Shown here one piece after another: positions 52,741-64,000 of a stretch of DNA of 64,000 nucleotides. Every line of letters starts with the position of its first letter. Position 1 is the first letter of the stretch. Origin of the DNA: Eledone cirrhosa (taxonomy: Eukaryota); NCBI GenBank assembly GCA_964016885.1, contig OZ024745.1:118420001-118484000 (forward strand), read 5' to 3'. The notes below the pieces were generated by a model, which saw only the letters and a program-made list of their open reading frames with translations, was not told where the DNA came from and did no database searches. The translations under genes were made by a program, and so were the position numbers.

Positions 52741-53307
52741 CAACAGCTAGACAGTTAGACTGTCTAGCTGTTGAGACCTCAGTAAGACTGTCAGCTGTTG
52801 AGACCTCAGTAAGACTGTCTAGCTGTTGAGACCTCAGTAAGACTCTCTAGCTGTTGAGACAACAGTTAGACTGTCTAGCTGTTGAGACCACAGTTAGACT
52901 GTCTAGCTGTTGAGACCACAGTTAGACTGTCTAGCTGTTGAGACCAGTTAGACTGTCTAGCTGTTGAGAACTCAGCTGTCTAGTTGTTGAGACCTCAGTT
53001 AGACTGTCTAGTTGTTAAGACCTCAGTTAGACTGTCTAGTTGTTAAGACCTCAGTTAGACTGACTAGTTGTTAAGACCTCAGTTAGACTGTCTAGCTGTT
53101 GAGACCACAGTTAGATTGTCTAGCTGTTGAGACCACAGTAGGACTGTCTAGTTGTTGAGACCTCAGTTAGACTGTCTAGTTGTTGAGACCTCAGTTAGAC
53201 TGTCTAGTTGTTGAGACCTCAGTTAGACTGTCTAGTTGTTGAGACCTCAGTTAGACTGTCTAGCTGTTGAGACCACAGTTAGACTGTCTAGCTGTTGAGA
53301 CCTCAGT
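52741..53307. repeat. 28-bp minisatellite, ~20 copies
   Basis: cagttagactgtctagctgttgagacct. Confidence 0.95.
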
Positions 53308-53434
53308 GTGTATAGAAAGCTGTGTAGTCTTTAGTAGAGACAAGTGTTTAATAGATACTTGTTTTAATACCTCCGTCCAAAGTGGGGATGAAAATCATAG
53401 TTGACTGGAAGTAGGAGTGTGAAGAGATTTAAGT

Positions 53435-53638
53435 TTAACCCCTTACCATTTATATTACTTTAGATATACCATTGTATTTTCACAGTAAAAGCTTTACCTC
53501 ACATAGTTATCTCAGATAATATGAAATCTACGAGATTTTGATATTATTTATTTTGAGAACAATACCTTAACATCAGTATGAATGGCTGGTTACAGCTGGT
53601 TTGAACAGAAAGGGGTGGTTTAAATGCTAAAGGGTTAA
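53435..53638. mobile_element. piggyBac-type MITE with TTAA TSDs
   Basis: ttaa|cccctta...taaatgctaaaggg|ttaa. Confidence 0.78.
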
Positions 53639-53704
53639 ATGTTAAAGAGTTAAAATATCAAGCACCACAACTAAATTGTGGAAGCATTTTGCATCATGTT
53701 CAAT

Positions 53705-53869
53705 CTCAATCATGGGCAAACTGCAGCCCGTGAACCACATGTAGCCCGTTTGGTTTTCTGAATGGCACACCTAATTTCAAAATTGCCATGAATCATTTAG
53801 TAGTCTGAACCACCTGGTGGTGTACCACATCCTATGCAGCCCACTACTGAAAAGGGTTGCCCATGCCTG
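53705..53869. mobile_element. hAT-type MITE; related inverted copy at ~55501-55650
   Basis: catgggcaa / ttgcccatgcctg ends; shared ttttctgaatggc...cctaatttcaaaattg. Confidence 0.55.
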
Positions 53870-54164
53870 CTCTATCTATTCTTCCATTCACTGCCCTGAG
53901 AAACATAATAGAAAATAATAGTAAAAAAAAATTAACTTTCACTATTTTTACCCTGACAAATAAAATAAAGATGGCTGTGGTTTTGCTGATGACATTTTCT
54001 GACACATTGTGACATGAAAAAGTGTTATGAATTATTGTGATATATCGAATTTCAAAAGGTTTATTGATGCATTTTAGCAAATATCTTTTACTTGATTCTA
54101 TTTAATTATATATTTATATATCTATCTACTCTTGTTTTGTATACAAACAGAAGTTGCAAGTACA

Positions 54165-54735
54165 TTTGTGTGAGTGTGTATGTATGTGAGTGTGTGTGTG
54201 TGTGTGTATGAGTGAGTATGTGTGTGTGAGTGTGTATGTATGTGTGAGTGTGTATGTATGTGTGTGTGTGCGTGTATGTATGTGTTAGTGTGTATGTAGG
54301 TGTGTATGTGTGAGTGTGTATGTGTGTGAGTGTGTATGTGTGTGAGTGTGTATGTGTGTGTGAGTGTATGTGTGTGTGAGTGTGTATGTGTGTGTGAGTG
54401 TGTGTGTGTGAGTGTGTGTGTGTGCGTGAGTGTGTATGTATGTGTGTGTATGTATGTGTTTGTGACTTTGCCAGTGTCTATGAGTATATCAATGCAGTAA
54501 GACATGTAGAACAGTCAAATTATCTCTATGCTTGTGTGTGCATCTGTATGTGTGTGAGTGTGTATGTGTGTGTGAGTGTGTATGTGTGTGTGAGTGGGTG
54601 TGTGTGTGTGAGTGTGTATGTATGTGTGTGTATGTATGTGTTTGTGACTTTGCCAGTGTCTATGAGTATATCAATGCAGTAAGACATGTAGAACAGTCAA
54701 ATTATACTTATCTCTATGCTTGTGTGTGCATCTAT
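54165..54735. repeat. (GT)-rich microsatellite block with a ~180-bp duplication
   Basis: tttgtgactttgccagtgtctatgagtatatcaatgcagtaagacatgtagaacagtcaaattat occurs twice. Confidence 0.88.
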
Positions 54736-54950
54736 ATGCATTGTGTCGTCAAGTATGAAATTTGTAGAAATTTGTTTTTTCTCTACAAATTGCTACAAAT
54801 TTCATACTTGACAACCCAATATATATAGTGAGAGAAAGGTACATACACATGTATATAAAAATATCATGGCCACATATTATTTACACATGTGTGCATTTTG
54901 TGTGGAAAATTAGAAGGTTAAAAATTAGAATAACACAGGTTAATTTAAGC

Positions 54951-55270
54951 CAGTGGTTCCTAACCTTTTGTGTCTCATGTACCACCTCAACATCTCAAAC
55001 AATCTTATGCCCCACTTTGATATAAAAACAGCAATGATCAACTACAAAGTGTAAACAAATTGGCCTAGAGGTGAGGCCAGATGCACAATAAGATGTGTGG
55101 AGGAGGTGAAACAGGAGTTTCCGACAGTGATTTGTTCTAAAGTTGCCTTGGTGTACAAGTAATAAGGTAACACCTGAAGTTTGCTCTCATTAACATCATT
55201 TTCAAATTGCCCCCCTTGAATATTAAAATTGTTCCCCTGTTGGGTGTGTGCCCCACGTCGGGAATAACTG
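54951..55270. mobile_element. Degenerate hAT-type MITE
   Basis: cagtggttcctaac / gtcgggaataactg ends. Confidence 0.45.
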
Positions 55271-57739
55271 ACCTAAGTGCTTCTGTTTTATATAACCAAA
55301 TTCAGACACATACATTCACACATTACACATATATAAGAGTATAGGATGGGGATCATCATGAGCCATTACAAGGAAGAAGAGATCCAATAACACAATTCCA
55401 GGTATATGGACAGATTGTTACAATGGGTATGGGTGATAGTGAGTATATCACATGTGTGTACTCACATCAAACATGGGTCCACTAGAAGCATCATGTAAAA
55501 CAGGTATAGGCAACGTTTTTCGAGCTGTGAGCCACATGGGATGTGGCTCATCATAAGTCAGACCACACTACTAAAAAATTGAAAGCAATTTTGAAATTAG
55601 GCATGCCATTCAGAAAACCAAATGCAGTTCATGGGTCGCAGTTTGACTGATGTAAACATTCTTGAGTACTTTCAACAGAGATATTTAAGACTTATTATGA
55701 ATGTCATCTAATCTTCAGATATTCTCACTTGCTACAAAAGAAACAGTCCCTTTTTTTTTTTTTACCAGTGTACCACGCATTATTTCCTTCCTCCGCCTCT
55801 AGAGATTTTCTCACTTGCTATGAATGCATCAAAGAAACAGTCCTTTTTTTTTAGGGGTCTCTTGATAAGCTGTATCAGCCTTACAGCGTTGATATATTTT
55901 TATAGTGCAGAATGCTGCACACGGATCAGCAAAACTGCAGTCGGAACTTTGAAGAAAAAATAGGTATATTTTTTCCTCATATTTTGTAATTTGATATATA
56001 TGTTATATATGTGTGTGTGAGTGTGTGAGTGTGTGTGTCTGGGTGTAGATCCTGAGTGAAATCAGGAGTAACCGCAGTTAAAAAGGTAGTCAATATATTA
56101 TTAGAGTGTAAACAACAGTATTTAATATAGAAATGGTTTCTACAGGACTAGAACTGTTTCATTTGAATGAAATCATCGATGATTTCCTACAAATGAGACA
56201 AACACTGCTAACTATATCACATTTTAATTTACATGTTTCATCCTTAATATTAACAGCTTAATATTAGGTTTCATCAGAATTACATACGATACAGTTACCT
56301 TAAACATGATATTATGAACGAAAATATAACATACCTATAATTATGTGCTTTCGTATTTGAAATCATATTACTTTATACTATAAATATATATAGTTGTTTA
56401 CCCTTAAGAGTTGTGTAATGACTTCTTGTAGATAAACGAGTTTAAGCAGGTAAGATCATTCCTCGTCAGTTGTTTCTATCCAGCTTAAAGGTGGTGATCA
56501 ACATCATAACAGAGTTATCATGTATGAAATTAATGTTAAGACAGAAATTACACAACCATATTTATTAATTACACATATTTCTCTGACACCTCCATGGAGC
56601 TGTTGTGGAATTGTTACGACAGCGACCTGCACCAGTGTAACATCATCAGATGTTAATACAATAGGGTTTCACAAACTTGGTCCCCAACAAAATATTGATC
56701 CACCCACATAATTGTGCTAACATCTGATGGTGTCACACTATATATGCACTGGACCAATCCCACTCTTTGTAAAAAGGTCACAGGTATCAAAAAAAGAAGA
56801 ACAGGTCAACATCATTGGCTGCCATCAAGTTGAAGGTTTTACATCAGAGTTTTCCTTCTTCTAGAATGATATCCTAAGTACTAGGGTCTCTCACTACATT
56901 TGACCTAACCGCACACTTGGAAACCAAACCGAATATTTCCATGTCTTCATGCACATATACATACATACATATCTGAGTTTAGCAGGTTCCCAATAATCAG
57001 AGTAACCTGTGATCCCAAAAGAAGCAACAGAGTGTAATTTCAGTAATATAATAAATATATATTTTCTACTTTGGTATTGAGCACTTTTCCCTCATGTATG
57101 TATGGTTGGCAATAGGAATGGTTGCCAGCAATAGAACAAGTGCCAAAAATGGAACAAAGAAAGAAAATGAGACCCCACCATATCTAGGAGGGTAATAACT
57201 GTAAATAAAACCTGACTTGGACTGTCAAAACCCAGTCAATCCATGCCAGCATGGAAAAAGAGGCCTAAATGTATATCCTATGTGTAGACTTTGTACATAT
57301 GCACACACAGATATGCGCACACGCATACACCACACACACACAGACATTAAATTTGTATGTGAATATATACATGTGCGTATGTATGTATCATTGGAGCCGA
57401 ACATAAAAACTATGTAATATATCTAGAACAAGTCACCCATCACCTTTATTCACACAAGGTTTTGATCTCAACAATGCAACTGAACAAAAGGGACATGCCA
57501 TTTATTTGCAGTGACCTGATTTCCTTATGGGAATTAACTGTCTCTTTCCTACTTTTACCTCAATATAGAAATAACCATTGAGAACTTATTCATGTCATAT
57601 CAATCACAAAGCAGCAATAATGATGTTTATGATGATGATTATCATTTATTTGCCACCTGGGCACACAATGCTACTACTATGACTTCTATTACTTATAACA
57701 TTTGTTGGGTGGTGATGATGATGATGTTAATAATAATAA

Positions 57740-58050
57740 TAATAATAATTGTTTCTACTTTTGGCACAAGGCCAGCAATTACCCAGTGCATTACTGGAAC
57801 TTTATTTTATCGACCTCGTAAGGATGAAAGGCAAAGTTAACCTTGGCGGGATTTGAACTCAGATCATAAAGGGACGTAACTCTATGCTGCAAAGCATGGT
57901 GTCTGACCCTCTACCGATATAGCCAATAATGGTTTCTTATATAGGCACAGGGCCAGCAATTTGAGCGGAGGGGAAAGTCAATTAAATCAACCCCAGTGCA
58001 TGACTGGTACTTTATTTTATCGACCCCGTAAGGATGAAAGGCAAAGTTAA
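57740..58050 (-). mobile_element. Two tandem family B SINEs within (AAT)n
   Basis: Match the other family B copies. Confidence 0.78.
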
Positions 58051-58116
58051 CATAATAATAATAATAATAATACTGAATGTTCCATATTTAAATGGAAAAC
58101 TTACTTTGGCTTAAAT

Positions 58117-58393
58117 CAGAGGTTCTCAAATTTTTGTAGTCACCACGTAATAGCCTCATCCCCACCCCCAACACGATTTCCAGAGAGACCTGCCTACATG
58201 CAAATTGTAAATAATATATAATAAATAAAATCGTTAATTTATATATAATATATATACTATGTATAAATAAATATATATTTTTTATTTTAAAATATATATA
58301 TATGTATCATTTGATATCTAATATACTATTATATCATCTCTTCCCCCCCCCCCTCACAACCCCCCCCCCCCCCCTCCACTTTGAGAACCTCTG
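58117..58393. mobile_element. hAT-type MITE with 14-bp TIR and 8-bp TSD
   Basis: gcttaaat|cagaggttctcaaa ... tttgagaacctctg|gcttaaat. Confidence 0.9.
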
Positions 58394-58580
58394 GCTTAAA
58401 TCAACAACGACAGTCATCTGACTGGGGCCACATAAGTAACAACATTCGTCACACAAATACAGTATATCACCACTAAATATATTGAAATGAATAGCCACAA
58501 TTTTTAGAATATAGAGTGCAATTGTTTTCTGTCCAATGTAATTTTTAAATATAAAACCACATTGTATCTGAATGTCTTAC

Positions 58581-58692
58581 ATTAATTAGCTCTGACATAA
58601 ATAAACTTGCTGATACAATAACATAAGCCTGGTCTTCCAATTTCAACTTCTTTGAGAAAAGCTCTGAGGGTCTCACGTAAATCTTTATATAT
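58581..58692 (-). CDS. Candidate coding exon, reading frame ambiguous
   Basis: Acceptor ccattctcttag and donor gtaaga; one frame fully open (YIKIYVRPSELFSKKLKLEDQAYVIVSASLFMSELIN), another open until just before the donor. Confidence 0.3.
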
Positions 58693-58995
58693 CTAAGAGA
58701 ATGGTGTGAACATGTTATTGAACATAGAGGATTACTGGTACTTTATTTTATCGACCCCGTAAGGATGAAAGGCAAAGTTAACCTCGGCAGGATTTGAACT
58801 CAGACCGTAAAGGGACGTGTTGAGCAGAAGCAAGCTGAAAAGCTAAGGAAACACAAGAAAGGTGTTGAATTAGAAATATGACAAGAGTTAATAAATTTGT
58901 TCATGATTCCATTTGTAATTTGTTCAATTGGAATTAATACACAGTCATTACTCTGAAAGCATTAACAGATTACTCCTAAGAATAACAACACATAC

Positions 58996-59118
58996 GTGTC
59001 TTCTAAAAAATACTAACACTAAATCTGTATTGTTAGGAAATTCTCCCACAACATTTTTATGCAGAATTTCTAAGATGTTCATAATTGTTCTACAAGAAAG
59101 AAAACTTTTGATATATTT
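58996..59118 (-). CDS. Candidate coding exon (123 nt, phase 0-0)
   Basis: Acceptor ttttattctttctggttttcag and donor gtatgt; single open frame KYIKSFLSCRTIMNILEILHKNVVGEFPNNTDLVLVFFRRH. Confidence 0.33.
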
Positions 59119-59590
59119 CTGAAAACCAGAAAGAATAAAAATTACAATAATGGTTTCTAATTTAGGCTCAGATTATGAGTGAGGAAAAATACAATTAAAT
59201 CAACCCCAGTGCATTACTGGTACATTATTTTATCAACCCCATAAGGATGAAAAGCAAAGTTCACCACAGTGGGATTTGAACTCAGAATGTAAAGGGACGT
59301 CACTATATGCCACAAAGCCTGTTGTCTGACACTCTACTGATACTGCGAATCCACCGCCCTTGATAATGATTTCTAATCTAGGCACAAAGCCTGCAATTTA
59401 TGGGGAGGGGGGGGGGGGTTATATTGATCCCAGTATTAGACTGGTACCTTATTGGAAAGGTGAAAGCACACTTTCATCCAGTGCTCCACCATTTATACAA
59501 GTCCACAGCCTAAAATTACAACAAAGTGTTGAATAATAATATTTCTGATTTCTTTTAACTAAACCTGAACTAAATATTCTGAGGATCAGC

Positions 59591-60442
59591 TTACCCCTTT
59601 AGCATTTAAACTGGTTGTATCCAGCCAGAATTCTCTCACTTCTTTCTGTTCAAACTGACTGTGCCTGCTGCTCATACTGATGTTAAAGTATTGTTCTCAA
59701 AATAAATAATATCAAAATCTCACAGATTTAATACTATGTGAGATATTTATGTTCCAGTAGCAAATTTGCCAAGATAAGTGAGGGATTGTGTTTGGTCTGA
59801 TGATGAAACTCATTTATCTGGTATTTACTGTTATATCAATTGTGGATCCAGATAACCTTTCTAGTATTGGTAGAACAATAAAATACACCCAGTCCATGCT
59901 GTAAAGTGTAAGGTGTGATAAGAAAGGCACCTAGTCAGAATACTTTACTAAAACTATGACTAACCAAACATACAATATTAACCCTTTAGCATTTAAACTG
60001 GCCGTATCTGGCCAGAATTCTCTCACCTCTTTCTGTTCAAACTGGCTTTAAGTGGCCACTCATACTGATTTATGGTACTGTTCTCAAAATAAATAATATC
60101 AAAGTCTAATAGATTCAATATTATGGGAGATAAAGCCTTTACTGCAAAAATACAATAGTAAATATTGAGTAATGTAAATGGTAAAGGGTTAAAAGTCTAA
60201 ACAATGCAAGTATGGTATAAAACTGATTTAATACCATTTAAACTGGTTGAATCCGGCCAGAATTCTCTCACCTCTTTCTGTTCAAACTGGCTGTAACTGC
60301 ATACTGATGTTATGGTACTGTTTTCAAAATAAATAATATCAAAATCTCATAGATTCAATATTATGTGAGATATTATGTGAGGTAAAGCCTTTACTGTGAA
60401 TATATAATAGAATATATAGAGTAACGTAAATGGTTAAAGGGT
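59591..60442. mobile_element. Three same-orientation piggyBac-type MITEs (59591-59750 partial, 59978-60192, 60228-60442)
   Basis: ccctttagcatttaaactgg...ccagaattctctcac body; TTAA TSDs on the middle copy. Confidence 0.8.
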
Positions 60443-61099
60443 ATAGTATATTATTGGTAGTTATTCTGTAGCTATTTATAATGACTACTGTTGATATAAT
60501 TGTTGTTTTTAGTGAAGTAGTGATGATGATATCTGAGATATTTGATGGTTGCTATTATATGTACTAATTTCTATCATTTGTTTGATTTTATTTGTTAGAA
60601 CTTATTAATTTGGTTTTATCATATATCTTTCAACAGCCTTCCTTAGCTTTATAAGTCTAAACTAACTTGATTACTGCAATAAAACACAGTTAACTCACAT
60701 AGTAATTCAGCTAAATATGCTTTGTAATTATTTCGTTTGAAACGGTCACAAATTTATCTATCCAAGGTATTACGTGGTACAAGTTTTTTCTCTGTGTTAT
60801 CTATCTTTATTGCTATTTTTTCATTTTACTTTTTGATGCTGTGTTGCCTACATTTAGTTAATTCAAAGATGGCATCTTGTTACTTTTAAAACAACTTTTA
60901 TAATGATTTTATAAATATATGCTTCATTATGCTGATCTATGAAATTTCAAGAATTCCTGCATACTTTTAATCAAGAAGCATTTTACATACTACTCCCCAC
61001 CACTTCCACAGCTACTACTACTACTACTAAAACTAATGTTATTTTCCAATTGTTATTGTTGTTAAATGATTATTATCATTAAATTAATTATGATTCCAA

Positions 61100-61510
61100 T
61101 AATAATGGTTTCTGATTAAGGCACAAGGCCAGCAATTTTTTTAGGGGGGAGAGGAAGTCAATTACATCGACCAGTTCGTTACTGGTATTTTATTTTATCA
61201 ACCCCGTAAATGATGAAAGGCAAAGTTAATCTCAGCGGGATCTGAACTCAGAACGTAAAGGGACATAACTCTATGCTGAAAAGAATAATAATGTTTTTTT
61301 ATATAGGCACAAGGCCAGCAATTTTGGGGAGGGGGAAAGCGATTAAATCAACCCCAGTGCATTACTGGTACTCTATTTTATCGACCCTGTAAGAATGAAA
61401 GACAACGTTAACCTTAGTGGGAATTGAATTCAGATCATAAAGGGCCATAACTCTATGCTGCAAAGCATGGCGTCAGACCACCTACCGATACTGCCAATCC
61501 ACCACACTTA
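61100..61510 (-). mobile_element. Two tandem family B SINEs
   Basis: Match the other family B copies; (AAT)n spacers. Confidence 0.78.
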
Positions 61511-61537
61511 ATAATAATAATTATTATAATAATGCTT

Positions 61538-62498
61538 TCTTTATTAACCACAAGGGTTTACACAAAGTAAGACATTAAGAACAGTACAGGACAATACAGG
61601 ACGGTACAAATGGACATTTCTGCATGTAAAAAAAACAAAAACAGAGGATGTAACAAAAAAAAGGAACAATGAAAAAAATTCCCCAATAGGGGGCGGAGAC
61701 TTCCGAGGGCCATCGTGGAGAAAGCCCATTAAAAAAGTCACGGTGACCCTGACCACCAGGGCAAGTGCCCTCTCCCAGTTTTCCACCTTCAATTTACAGG
61801 CACATACTCACAGTAGGCCCATTCACTCGGGCCATTCTTGCCTCTCTCACCCATCTTTCAACAAAATGCTGGGAAGAGAGCATCTCCCTCTCTACCCTGA
61901 TTTTCCTTTTCAAATGAAATTTTAAAAAGTTAATCAGGGCATCACCGAAGAGGTAAGTGCTCGTCTTCAGCCCTTTCAGACGCGTCCACCATACTATCTC
62001 TTTCGCCATGGCCACCAGACAGATAAAAACTGCCTGCCCTTCCCAACTAAAGGAATAGGGCAGGGCAATCCTCACGATGGACTCAGCTGATAGCCGGATC
62101 CGTTCTACATGCGACAGCAGGTGTTCGACATAAACCCACAAGTCAGCAATGCTCGGACACTGGACGAGTCCGTGCAGGACGGTTTCGTCGCCCTGCGCGC
62201 ATCTCGGACATGTCTGGCTGATGGCACTTCCATGCCTGTAGAGTTTATCCCGAACTGGCAAAGCTCCTCGGTAGCACTGCTAAGCCAGGGATTTCTGGAA
62301 ATTGTCCATAGGCCCCGGCCCGAAAGTTCTTCCGAAAAGATTGGCTAGTTGATTTTCGTCGATGCCTAGAGTTTCCCCAAGTACGTCGTCGCTCTTCCCC
62401 TCCACTAATCCTCTATAGAACGCCAAGGTGGAGTTTCCACCGATCACATTGCCCGACTGGTCGAGGGCTGTGAGTGCCTGAAGACATTCCGGTCTCCA
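61538..62498 (-). mobile_element. 5'-truncated L1/Tx1-clade LINE 3' end
   Basis: PVRDKLYRHG...CPRC-x8-H-x4-C zinc knuckle, stop at 61794, 3' UTR ending aataaa; GC-richer than its flanks. Confidence 0.82.
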
Positions 62499-63014
62499 TA
62501 TAATAATAAATATAAAAATATAATTATAATTATCAACATATACAATCCATAATGGTGAAAGATTGTAAATCTATGCAATTAAGTAAAACTAGGAAAACTT
62601 CACATGTGTGTGGTTGGTGTATGGAGGAGTAAAATCAATATATACCACATAAAATAAAAAAGGAACAATAAAAATAAAATCAATCAAGATGGGGAGTGCT
62701 AATTATTGTCATGATCAAACAGTTATCATAATAAATGTTTACCACTCCACTCAATCTCCACGCTAGCTGCTACAACAATTCTCACCAGTGTCTTCATCGG
62801 CAGCAATCTTTCTGTTTCATTATTAAACAATATTATTGTCACCAACTCTGCTACAATCTGCTAATCTCTTCCCGGTTCCTTCTCACCACTTTTACCATTA
62901 CCAGTGTCATGAGCAGAATGAAAACAATTCTTATCATTCCCATAATCATCAATACCTAGAATCATTGTCATCACCTTCCACTATCCTCATAAATCTCCAT
63001 CGTTAATTCCTATT

Positions 63015-63018
63015 CATC

Positions 63019-63103
<85 letters not shown>
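63015..63103. repeat. (CAT)n microsatellite
   Basis: Direct reading. Confidence 0.95.
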
Positions 63104-63104
<1 letters not shown>

Positions 63105-63464
63105 TCCACTCCTCCTCCCCATTCCTCCTCTTATCTTTGTAACCATCATTTTTTTGTTATCATCAAAGCTGTCATCATAACTCCCATATTGTGTCATTGA
63201 CTGAGTACCGAGATCTGTCGTTTGGTGGTCCAGAAAGAAACCGGATCTAGATTGTCAGAGCAGTACCAGCTATGTACAGAAATGTTAGTAAAGTGAGAGT
63301 AGTTAATTAGTTAAGTGAAGAATATGCAGGTAGGTGCTTGTCAAGTCTCTGTCCTCAGCCCATACCTCTTTATCATATTTAATCTATTTGCATTGCAGTA
63401 GCCATCTAAAAAGAAACTATAATGCATCAGGTAAACTACAACACACACACACACACACACACGA

Positions 63465-63600
63465 AAGCACACGGCTGAGTGGTTAGAGAATTGGATTCAC
63501 AATTGTGAGGTTGTGATTTCGATTCCCACAGCGGGCGATGTGTTATGTCCTTGAGCAAGACACTTTATTTCACATTGCTCCTTCTGGCTAGATTTGCGAC
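63465..63600 (+). mobile_element. tRNA-headed SINE (family A) 5' part
   Basis: cggctgagtggttagagaattggattcacaattgtgagg...ttcgattccca. Confidence 0.78.
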
Positions 63601-63771
63601 CAACAGATAATATTATATTATATATATATAGGAGTGCCCCATTGTACCAGTCATTTGCTGTACAAACTGAGGTTCGTGTGAATTTTTGTCTTGTAGTACA
63701 AGTGGAAATCTGCCGTACGAGCGAGTTTCATACAAGCAATCACTACACGACACCGAGTTTACACATATAAT

Positions 63772-64000
63772 TCATCATCATCATCATCATCATCGTTTAA
63801 CGTCCATGTTCCATGCTTGCATGGGTTTGGACAGGAGTTTTCCCACTTGAGGCAAGAGTGGTTGTCTTGCTTGCATAGGACTGTCTGGCGGGTTTTCTAC
63901 AGCTGGATGCCCTTCCTAACACCAACCACATTTACAGTGTGGGACTTGGAGGTTTTTACCATGTTGCCTACACGGCCACATTACAGCGTGGACTGTGTGT
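63772..64000 (-). mobile_element. RTE-tailed SINE 3' part, cut by window edge
   Basis: (cat)n gtttaacgtcc...gcatgggtttggac...ggatgcccttcctaacaccaacc. Confidence 0.75.

Noticed and set aside
60697-60790. Minus-strand exon LYHVIPWIDKF...HI*LNYY whose TAG might be rescued by A-to-I editing
   Set aside because: No polypyrimidine acceptor, stops in all frames, and the similarity is probably coincidental

Overview
AT-rich eukaryotic genomic DNA, largely intronic or intergenic and saturated with repeats. The SINE, RTE-LINE and (TA)n/(CA)n/(CAT)n content looks most like an octopod cephalopod; this is recognition from memory, not a search result. Class II elements: three mariner elements (one with perfect 31-bp TIRs and an open 351-aa DD34D transposase at 30031-31324), about nine piggyBac-type TTAA MITEs and several hAT-type MITEs. 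Class I elements: fragments of RTE, R4/Dong-like, L1/Tx1 and CR1/L2 LINEs, and two tRNA-headed SINE families. Tandem repeats: five minisatellite arrays, the largest being 6.3 kb of 197 x 32 bp. No complete host gene is visible; a few short minus-strand segments have exon-like splice sites and open frames but cannot be identified with confidence. Most notable observations: (1) the 32-bp array is built from the 5' head (Pol III A-box) of the SINE it abuts; (2) several minimal hammerhead-ribozyme motifs of Penelope/retrozyme type, one apparently intact; (3) two ~350-bp fold-back palindromes with dissimilar arms that share the same asymmetric geometry and a 25-nt tail. Most long ORFs in the supplied track are microsatellite or antisense artefacts.
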